From NCBI GenBank assembly GCA_004563595.2, contig CP042461.1:990001-1022000 (forward strand): a stretch of DNA of 32,000 nt. Reading direction: 5' to 3'. This DNA comes from Candidatus Saccharimonadota bacterium. GTDB lineage: Bacteria; Patescibacteriota; Gracilibacteria; BD1-5; UBA6164. The notes beneath the pieces were generated by a model, which saw only the letters and a program-made list of their open reading frames with translations, did no database searches and was not told the origin of the DNA. A program made the position numbers and the translations under genes. Below, piece by piece: positions 1 to 6,931 of this stretch (position 1 is the first letter of the stretch; every line of letters starts with the position of its first letter).

Positions 1-246
1 GAAATGAAGTCCTTCTCAAATATCTACCATTGTAGTATTTGGAAAATTCTTCTCAATCCAAGAGGCTTCGCTTCTTTTCATAATCATTCATGGATCTGCA
101 TAAAAACAAATCTTTGGGATTTGAGTTTCTTTTAACCAATTATGATAGTTTTCAACAACATCAAAGATTTCTTAATGTATCCTACTTCCCTTTACTTCTA
201 AGTACTTTGACTCAAAAGGAAATTTTGATGAAATTTCTTTTGTCAT
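1..246 (-). pseudogene. Haloalkane-dehalogenase-like alpha/beta-hydrolase remnant with an internal deletion and in-frame TAA; runs off the window start
   Basis: ATG at 244-246 gives MTKEISSKFPFESKYLEVKGSRIH, the typical dehalogenase N-terminus (FPF..YVEV.G.RMHY). A TAA follows at 172-174. The same frame then continues EIFDVVENYHNWLKETQIPKICFYADPGMIMKRSEASWIEKNFPNTTMVDIGEGLHF, which matches the family C-terminus (cf. ..VEAYMNWL....PKLLFWG.PG........A......PN...VDIG.GLH). The roughly 200 codons of catalytic core are absent. Confidence 0.6.
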
Positions 247-257
247 ATTGTAATTGA

Positions 258-845
258 TTATTTTGTAAGCATACCGTGTAAAAATAAGTCTATATTCCCT
301 TGTAACCACCTCTGTTTATATTCAGCATTTGTAATAATATTAAAACCCATTCCTTTTTTCAGCCAATCTGAGTGCAGAACTTGGTTTCCTAAACGATCTA
401 TAATAAGCCCTGTTAACATTTCTGCATCGAGTTCTTCACGTACAAATCACTTTTTTTTAGATGCTGATATAAATGCAATAAATCAATCTGTATATTCGAG
501 AAAAGCTTCAGGTATTACATGTTCTCTAGATACTACTATGTATGATGTCTTTTGTCGTATCAAAGCTTCCAAAGTTTCTTCAACAAAAAGTCAAAAACGA
601 GAAACAAATTCTTGGTAAGTATCTGGTTCTTTCTTAATAATTCTTAAGGTATTGGTAAAGACTTCTGCTGAGAATTTCTCTAGTATACTTTCATATAAGC
701 CTTGCTTGTTACCAAAATAATGATGAATCATATTTATTCCCGTATTAGCTTCTTTACATATTTCTCTAATCGAGGCTCCTTTAAATCACTTTTCTGAAAA
801 GAGAAGAGAGCCTGATTCAATTAATCTTTCTTTTGGGTCTTTCAT
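258..845 (-). CDS. TetR/AcrR family transcriptional regulator (195 aa, table 25)
   Basis: N-terminal HTH: MKDPKERLIESGSLLFSEKGFKGASIREICKEANTGINMIHHYFGNKQGLYESILEKF. Four in-frame TGA codons read as Gly (e.g. EKGFKG). ATG 843-845, TAA 258-260, 588 nt. Confidence 0.8.
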
Positions 846-848
846 ATT

Positions 849-1358
849 TTATGAGTTAATTTTTTTTAGTTTTCTTGGATGTGGTTTTCCTGTTTCTACA
901 AAGTATTTTAACTCTTCTAGTATATCTCAAAACCCTTTTTTAAAACCAAGTATTAAAAGAGGGTATAAGACATAACCATGAGGCTTCAACTGAGGATTTG
1001 CTGTCCAAATGACTTCAGTTTGATCGTCTCCTACGCTTATCGCTGAGATGTCGAGAGTATTCTTCACTATGGGTAAGAGACCTGGTCCATTTTTCGGTAC
1101 AATCTCTACAGTCATTAAATGCTTATCTCAGTCATAAAATGTGATTTTTTCATTCGCCAATAATCCTTGAGCTCATTTACTCGTAAATTCACATATTCTT
1201 CCTACCATTGGAGATCAAGAAGCAGACTTCCCTTCTTGTATTTTATGAGATTTTGGAACTGGAGACATCCAATCTCCTGCTTTATCAAAATCGTCAGCTA
1301 ATACTTTCCATACATCACCTATTGGTGAATTAATAAGTACTTTTATTGATACTTTCAT
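849..1358 (-). CDS. SRPBCC (START/polyketide-cyclase-like) family protein, 169 aa
   Basis: MKVSIKVLINSPIGDVWKVLADDFDKAGDWMSPV... is typical of the SRPBCC N-terminus. In frame with track ORF 927..1115 and joined through TGA(Gly) codons. The stop lies 3 nt before the TetR start, so they form an operon. Confidence 0.6.
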
Positions 1359-1400
1359 AGTTTAAAAATGAGTTAATATTTATTATAACAACTTAAAAAA

Positions 1401-1439
1401 ATATAACAGTTGTTACAATTAGTATAACAACTGTTATAT
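1401..1439. promoter_or_regulatory. Perfect 15-bp inverted repeat, candidate TetR operator upstream of the SRPBCC-TetR operon
   Basis: ATATAACAGTTGTTA (1401-1415), a 9-nt spacer, then TAACAACTGTTATAT (1425-1439). A third half-site-like TATAACAACT sits at 1384-1393. The repeat lies about 45 nt upstream of the operon start codon. Confidence 0.6.
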
Positions 1440-1566
1440 TTAAATCAAGTTTATTTTATAAATATTCATCTTTTGGGCATTCATTATTGTTTAAAAATTA
1501 TTTCATATATTATATTTGATTCATTTAAAATTCAAAAAATTTAGTGAGTATTTTCAAATAAAAAAT

Positions 1567-1599
1567 AAAAAGACCTACTTAATATTAAGTAGGTCTTTT
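1567..1599. terminator. Bidirectional rho-independent terminator hairpin
   Basis: AAAAGACCTACTTAA-TAT-TAAGTAGGTCTTTT, flanked by A-runs and T-runs on both sides. Confidence 0.7.
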
Positions 1600-1606
1600 T
1601 ATTAAA

Positions 1607-1711
1607 TTAAATAATGGCAGGTCTGAAAAGTAAGTAATGAGGAACTTTTGGAGCTATTATATGAGGTAGGTAAATTATAATAATTTTTCTATTAGTTTTT
1701 ATATCAATCAT
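1607..1711 (-). CDS. Candidate 34-aa micro-protein ending in VPHYLLFRPAII (or a conserved RNA element, see findings)
   Basis: ATG 1709-1711 lies 11 nt after the stop of the upstream membrane-protein gene. Sequence: MIDIKTNRKIIIIYLPHIIAPKVPHYLLFRPAII. The C-terminal motif recurs at 2677-2723. Confidence 0.3.
   Translation of the reverse strand: MIDIKTNRKIIIIYLPHIIAPKVPHYLLFRPAII
1612..1653. repeat. Conserved ~42-nt element, copy 1
   Basis: TAATGGCAGGtCtgaaAaGTAAGTAATGAGGAACTtttgGAG. It lies between a gene 3' end and a terminator hairpin, the same context as copy 2. Confidence 0.6.
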
Positions 1712-1722
1712 TTTTATGCTTC

Positions 1723-2112
1723 CTAAACCAGAGCATTGACCAAACAAAATACATTTAATGCACCTAAAACAAATTCGGAAATTACCCCTTGAATTATCAA
1801 TTTGTTTGGTTTTCCATCTAAAACAATACTAAGTGATCTCCCAAATGCATATCCAAGAAAAAGCAAGATCGCAACAGCAAATGAAATAATAGTCATTTTT
1901 GGGATAAAAATACCCGATACAATAATAATTCCACCAAACATCATAACAGAACTCATTCCTCTAGCCTCACTTAATAGGTTTACTTCGTTTTCAAGTTTAA
2001 TTCCAGTATTCTTTAAATAATTTTTTATAGGGTTAATGAGTCTTAATACCCCCGCAAATGTAAATACTAATAAACCTGAAATTAATAGTACTATAATGTT
2101 AAATATTTCCAT
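1723..2112 (-). CDS. Small integral membrane protein (four predicted TM segments, DUF4345-like)
   Basis: Intact 129-aa track ORF, hydrophobic with regularly spaced TM helices. It contains no TGA codons, although I count about 14 Gly. Confidence 0.6.
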   Translation of the reverse strand: MEIFNIIVLLISGLLVFTFAGVLRLINPIKNYLKNTGIKLENEVNLLSEARGMSSVMMFGGIIIVSGIFIPKMTIISFAVAILLFLGYAFGRSLSIVLDGKPNKLIIQGVISEFVLGALNVFCLVNALV

Positions 2113-2455
2113 TTTTAAATGTTTTTTGTTAATGATAATGTAAACTAAATTTAGTTTTATGACAAAAGAAGCTCAAGAGTATTTTAGTGTTTTTATACTA
2201 AAATACAAAAGTAATTCTTCATAAGTCATATTGCATGGAGGATTTGGTATTAAAGTCAGTTTTTATTTCATATATTATTTTTGCATCAAAAAACCTAATT
2301 TTCATTATCAAATCCACCATTTTAAAAAATAAACTTTAAAAAAATGTAATCAGATATAAGGCTAATAAACTTAATTGACTTTTTCTTAGAGATATATAAA
2401 ATTAATTAAGTTGTTGAAACACTTTAAAGTAAACTTATAAAAATAATGTGCATTT

Positions 2456-2587
2456 ATGACAAGTACGCTTGTAATAAATGCTAAAATAGTTTATTTACCA
2501 TGCTTACGGGTATGATGTGGACCAGTAATTACTGGAGTATGCCATTATATAGAAAGCCTTTCTATTAATGGATTAAACCTCAAGTAA
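2456..2587 (+). CDS. Candidate 43-aa Cys-containing small protein
   Basis: MTSTLVINAKIVYLPCLRVGCGPVITGVCHYIESLSINGLNLK, with one TGA read as Gly. A terminator follows directly at 2604-2628. No family was recognised. Confidence 0.3.
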
Positions 2588-2603
2588 ACAACAAAATTTT
2601 GAA

Positions 2604-2628
2604 AAGCGAGAAAAGTCGCTTTTTTTTT
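2604..2628 (+). terminator. Rho-independent terminator
   Basis: AGCGA-gaaaag-TCGCT followed by T8. Confidence 0.6.
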
Positions 2629-2640
2629 GAAATAAAATAA

Positions 2641-2667
2641 AAAAGTGTTAAATTATTTAACACTTTT
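2641..2667. terminator. Bidirectional terminator hairpin
   Basis: AAAAGTGTTAAAT-T-ATTTAACACTTTT, with an A-run upstream and a T-run downstream. Confidence 0.65.
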
Positions 2668-2681
2668 TGGCTTTGTTTAAG

Positions 2682-2723
2682 TAATGGCAGGCCGTAGAGA
2701 TAAGTAATGAGGAACTAACTGAG
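2682..2723. repeat. Conserved ~42-nt element, copy 2
   Basis: TAATGGCAGGcCgtagAgATAAGTAATGAGGAACTaactGAG. It has the same position relative to its terminator as copy 1, which is 1070 bp away in direct orientation. Confidence 0.6.
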
Positions 2724-2735
2724 TTAATAGAAGAA

Positions 2736-2960
2736 ATAATCAATTAAGGATCAAATAAGTTATTGGCTTAAAACAAGGGACTATTTTCAATAATAGTACA
2801 AAGTATCAAATAACAATCAAATAAGAATATTTCTATAATAAAGTAATTATTACTAATACTTTCAATAATAATCAATTAAGGATCAAATAAGTTATTGGCT
2901 TAAAACAAGGGACTATTTTCAATAATAGTACAAAGTATCAAATAACAATCAAATAAGAAT
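2736..2960. repeat. Perfect 93-bp tandem direct duplication (2736-2828 and 2868-2960, period 132 bp) with 3 ATCAAATAA sites per copy
   Basis: The two copies are identical by direct reading. ATCAAATAA occurs at 2750-2758, 2805-2813, 2816-2824 and again at +132 for each. Copy 2 ends exactly at the stop codon of the 2960..4426 gene. Confidence 0.9.
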
Positions 2961-4426
2961 TATTGTACCCAATGTGGGATATATTTAGCATGTTTTCTAG
3001 TATTACTCTTAGGATCAAATGGTTTTATCTTTCATTCTTCTAGGGCTAATTTTATTAACCTAGAGGCTATAGCAGAATTTTGTTTTTCTATTCAAAATCT
3101 TTCACATACAGAATCATTAGTCATTGGTTCATTTTCTAATACAAACACTAATACGCAATGCCAATAGATTGATTCTGATTTTTCTTTATTTGTAAGTTTT
3201 CAAATTGGTCTTGTTCTAAATAAAATAACTCTAGTAAAGTCATCACTTTTTTCCATTTTTGGATTTGGAAGTTTCGATATCCTTAAAGCATTCATAGCTC
3301 TATCAACTCAACTTCATCTTCTTTCACAATGATTAGCTCTTCTCATAAAATCAGCTAAAAGTTCATTTCTAGATTTAGGAGGATGATCAACAAACCTATC
3401 AATTTCTATAAGAGGAATACCTGGATTAGAAATCTCAACTCTATCATCAAATATTTCAATAAGAACTTCTACTCAACTCATTCTTAGGTCTTGATGAATT
3501 ATTGAATTCGCAATAAATTCTCTCAAAGCAACTTTTGGATATAAAGGTTCATTTACTCTTCATTCTTCAATTGTTTCAATTTTAGGAACTTGCTGTAATA
3601 CAAATTTTATAAGTCCTGGAAATGCTATAGCATATCATTTTTTTCATTTTACATCACTAATTGCATGTAATCTATTTTTTCATCTATAAGTAATAACTCT
3701 AGGGGATTTATTTTTGAGGTTGAAAATTGTTAAATCTTTAGCAAAAAGTAATGCACATGCATTTGTGATATCATATAATCAATCTCTAAATTTTAATAAA
3801 TCATCTTGAAGGAGTTTTTCAATTCATTCTTGTTCTGAGTTTATTTCATATCACATCATCTTAGCGTATCAAAGTAAATCAATATACTCAGTCACTTTTA
3901 TATCTGAAATTTTAGATAAACAAATATCTGTATCAAATGAACTTCAAAGAATTTTTTCCCAAAGTTTAGATTCTAAATTTTTATATCATACAATCGACTT
4001 AGTATATGTATCAACTCTTACATATGTTGTTCAATCAAAAATGACTGGTTTTGTTTCTGCAGAGTTAATAACCAATACTACTATATTTTTATCTTCTTTA
4101 TAGTTTTCTATTTCATAAAAATTAAAATCAGAAAATCAATCTAAGCTCCTAATAAGCCAAGGAAGTAAGTCTTCATTTCATTTTCATTTTTTTGTTCTGT
4201 ATTTAAAGTTTGTTCCTACTACAGTATGATTATCAGGGTCTATTCAAAAAATCACATACCCATCAGGTCTATCTAATATTCTTGATGTATTTGCAATAGC
4301 AGAAATATTTCAACCTATTTCTTTTGAACTATGAAAATTTTTCTTAAATTCACACCAAGGTAACTCATGCGCTTTTCATTGTTTCAGGCAGTATTCAATT
4401 ATATCTATAAGTTGTGCTTTTTCCAT
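2960..4426 (-). CDS. Schlafen/AlbA_2 plus HATPase_c_4 (divergent AAA, RecG-like C-terminal) putative transcriptional regulator, COG2865-like, 488 aa
   Basis: N-terminus: MEKAQLIDIIEYCLKQGKAHELPWCEFKKNF...GYVIFGIDPDNHTVVGT (AlbA_2/Schlafen-like). Central region: LYPKVALREFIANSIIHQDLRMSGVEVLIEIFDDRVEISNPG (ATPase-like motif). C-terminal winged-helix-like segment: MTNDSVCERFGIEKQNSAIASRLIKLALEEGKI. There are about 30 in-frame TGA(Gly) codons. ATG 4424-4426, TAA 2960-2962, 1467 nt. Confidence 0.7.
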
Positions 4427-4597
4427 GCATATATATTAAAAAGTATCTTTTATTAGTAGTATAGGTATTTTTAAGTATATCTGCAAGTTTTTTAAAGCTA
4501 TTTAATTATTATATCCTGATATACCAATAATTATTCAAAAAAATATTTAATACCATTCATTACTTAATAAACTCAACTAATTTACTAAAAAATCATC

Positions 4598-4635
4598 AAA
4601 AAAAAGCACTAAATTATTTAAAATAACTTAACGCT
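4598..4635 (-). terminator. Terminator downstream of tRNA-Trp
   Basis: On the minus strand, AGCGTTAAGTTATTT-T-AAATAATTTAGTGCT (with G-U pairs) is followed by a T-run. Confidence 0.55.
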
Positions 4636-4655
4636 TTTTAGCTTTAATTAGTGTA

Positions 4656-4730
4656 TGGCAGCCTCACTAGGAATCGAACCTAGCTCGCAGGATTTGGAAT
4701 CCTGAATTCTAACCGATGAAATATGAGGCT
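4656..4730 (-). tRNA. trnW: tRNA-Trp (anticodon CCA), CCA end encoded
   Basis: Minus-strand cloverleaf: AGCCTCA TA TTTC ATCGGTTA GAAT T CAGGA TTCCAAA TCCTG CGAG CTAGG TTCGATT CCTAG TGAGGCT G CCA. The acceptor stem has 7 bp, the anticodon loop is TT-CCA-AA, the T-loop is TTCGATT and the discriminator is G. Confidence 0.9.
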
Positions 4731-4766
4731 ATATATCCTCAGCCGGAGCTGAGAATATGAATGTGA

Positions 4767-5552
4767 TTATATAGAAAATCTAGAAAAAGATGTAAGTGTA
4801 TCTTCACCGATAAAAGCTTTTACTTTTTGGTTCGGATCAATTACGAAAGCTTGTTCATATAGCGAAATTTCAGATTTGAATTTCCCTATTTTCCCTCCGA
4901 TAATTTTTAATAATACATCATCAGATTTATTCCCCATTTTTTCATCATTTTTCATGATTTCTAATTGGATAGCTTTTTCCTTTTCTACTACTTCTTCAGA
5001 AATATCATCAGCTTTAAGATATTCAGGATTTGCAGCAGTTACATGCATAGCAATTTGTTTTAGCTTATCTTCATCAGTTCCAGCTTTTGCAACTACAACA
5101 GCAGCTAATTTACCGTTTGAATGAACATATGATCCAACAGTATCACCTTGAAGAACTAAGTAATCTTTGATTTGTAAATTTTCACCAAGTTCAAGAGCAT
5201 AGTCACCATTTATAAGTAATTGAGCTGCATCTTTTGAGTCAGCACCATTTGCTTTTAAATATTCACATATGTCAGTTAACATAGCTTTAAATTTATCTGA
5301 GATAGCAAGGAAGTCAGTTTCACATGAAATAGAAACTACATAAGAAGTTCCAGCTTCAGTGATAATTTTGATTCCACCTTCAAGAGCTTCTCTATCAGCT
5401 TTTTTAGCAGCTTTTGCTAAACCTTTTTTCCTCAGTTCTTCAATAGCTAATTCCATATCACCATTGGCTTCAGTTAATGCTTTTTTACATTCCATCATCC
5501 CAATACCAGTTCTTTCTCTTAACTCTTTTACTTGAGCAGCAGTTATTGCCAT
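4767..5552 (-). CDS. tsf: Translation elongation factor Ts
   Basis: MAITAAQVKELRERTGIGMMECKKAL... is the canonical EF-Ts N-terminus. I take ATG at 5550-5552 as the start; the track's first codon at 5589-5591 is TTG and adds 13 unlikely residues. The gene has no TGA codons. Confidence 0.93.
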   Translation of the reverse strand: MAITAAQVKELRERTGIGMMECKKALTEANGDMELAIEELRKKGLAKAAKKADREALEGGIKIITEAGTSYVVSISCETDFLAISDKFKAMLTDICEYLKANGADSKDAAQLLINGDYALELGENLQIKDYLVLQGDTVGSYVHSNGKLAAVVVAKAGTDEDKLKQIAMHVTAANPEYLKADDISEEVVEKEKAIQLEIMKNDEKMGNKSDDVLLKIIGGKIGKFKSEISLYEQAFVIDPNQKVKAFIGEDTLTSFSRFSI

Positions 5553-5580
5553 AATTTTCTTATTAAGGATTAATTCATCT

Positions 5581-5625
5581 CCCTTTTTCAAAGGGAGTAC
5601 CCCAACAGGGGGGAGGGATTATAAA
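5581..5625 (-). promoter_or_regulatory. GC-rich structured leader between the DUF4870-like gene and tsf
   Basis: Minus strand: GAGGGAaaataacattttataaTCCCTC-CCCCctgttGGGG-taCTCCCTTTgaaAAAGGGAG. These are three adjacent or alternative hairpins in an otherwise AT-rich context, with no trailing U-run. Confidence 0.4.
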
Positions 5626-5645
5626 ATGTTATTTTCCCTCTTTTA

Positions 5646-5990
5646 TTATTTTTTCTTTTTTTCAGTTGTTTCTAATTTTTCTTTGATCTTTTGTTCTAAG
5701 TTATCAATATGTTCAAGTTCTACTTTTTCTCAATTATATGCCTTAAATCATAGGAATACTGTGATTCAAATATATATAAAGAATAAAAGTGGTCCTAAAA
5801 TTCATGCAAGAAGAGATTGTAATAGAGAATATCCTATAAACAATACTATTCAATACTTAATATGCTTCATTAATTCAGCGCTTTTATTACTTTCTGTAAA
5901 GAAAAATATAACAGCAACTAAAGGTATATAACAAAGAGCATGCTTTAAATTCATATTTTTTGAAGTTTCACTTTTTCCCATATGTTTCAT
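5646..5990 (-). CDS. Small membrane protein, DUF4870/Tic20-like, 114 aa
   Basis: MKHMGKSETSKNMNLKHALCYIPLVAVIFFFTESNKSAELMKHIKYGIVLFIGYSLLQSLLAGILGPLLFFIYIGITVFLGFKAYNGEKVELEHI... with six TGA(Gly) codons. It is antisense to the spurious track ORF 5626..5931. Confidence 0.6.
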
Positions 5991-6011
5991 TTAGAAAAAT
6001 AAATTCAACTA

Positions 6012-6839
6012 TTATTTAGTTTCTTCTGTTTTTACTTCTTCTTTTTTAGCAGGAGCTTTTTTTTCTGCAACTACTTCCTTTTTGATTGGAGCAGTTTTAG
6101 TAGGAGTTCTTTTTTCACCACTTACTCTTTTTGCATCAAATTTTCTTACTACTGTAGCTTTTACTTTTACACCAGCTAAACTTTCAGTTATTATCTTTGC
6201 AATAAAATCAATAGATTTTACTGAGTTTGTATTTGCAGGTATTAAATTTTGAACTACTGTTTCATCACCATTTGTATTCATAATTGCATACGCAGGAAGG
6301 TTTAAAGAATTTGCTTCTTTAACAGCTTGTTTTTCAAATACTCCATCAATAGCAAAAATTACATCTGGAATTTTTTTCATTTCTTTTAATCATTTGAATG
6401 CTCTATCTAATTTTTCTAATTCAAGCATTTTAGCAGCTTTTTCTTTTTTTGTTAAAACATCCAAAGCTCCTGATTCAGAATCTTTTAATAATCTTAAATA
6501 TGTAGCAATTCTCTTTTTAATTGTTTTAAAATTTGTTAATAGACCAGGAACCCATTTTTCAGTTACGTAAAAATGCCCTGTATCTTGAGCTAATTTAGCA
6601 AAAGCATCTCTTGTTTGAAGTTTTGTAGCAACAAAAAGAATTTTTTTCCCTTCAGCATGAAGATCTCTAATTTCTTTTTTTACTTCTTCTATTTTTTCAC
6701 CAGTTTTTACAAGATTAATTACATGTATACCATTTACAGTACCGTATATATAATCTTTCATTTTTGGATTCCAGTAGTTTGATTTATTTCCGATATGTAA
6801 GAGGTTATCAAACATTGAATTTAATATTTTTTTGTCCAT
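6012..6839 (-). CDS. rpsB: 30S ribosomal protein S2 with a K/A/E-rich C-terminal tail
   Basis: Track ORFs 6390..6839 and 6012..6380 are joined by TGA at 6390-6392. This gives ...LDRAFK-G-LKEMKKIPDVIFAIDG, aligning with the E. coli S2 region ..SLGGIKDMGGLPDALFVID. Confidence 0.93.
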
Positions 6840-6931
6840 TTGTTATTTATTATTTAAGTAAGCAAGATATTTTATGTCTTTAATAGATATTTTTGTGCCC
6901 TAAGAGAGGGCTTCCCAAAAATACTTAGTTA

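Noticed and set aside
1612-2723. TGGCAGG... motifs as tRNA 3' fragments or att sites of an element integrated at tRNA-Trp
   Set aside because: They share only about 8 nt (ATGGCAG.C) with the tRNA-Trp 3' end, have no T-arm sequence, and no integrase lies in the interval. The similarity is too short to support this.
2736-2960. A CRISPR array
   Set aside because: There are only two repeat units, each 93 bp with a 39-bp spacer. There are no cas genes, and the repeat length is far outside CRISPR norms.
1802-5124. Track ORFs 1802..2020 (+) and 4876..5124 (+)
   Set aside because: They are antisense to the intact membrane-protein gene and to tsf respectively.
5626-5931. Track ORF (101 aa, plus strand) between tsf and rpsB
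   Set aside because: It is antisense to a better-supported table-25 membrane-protein CDS (5646..5990), and its composition is low-complexity F/S/I.
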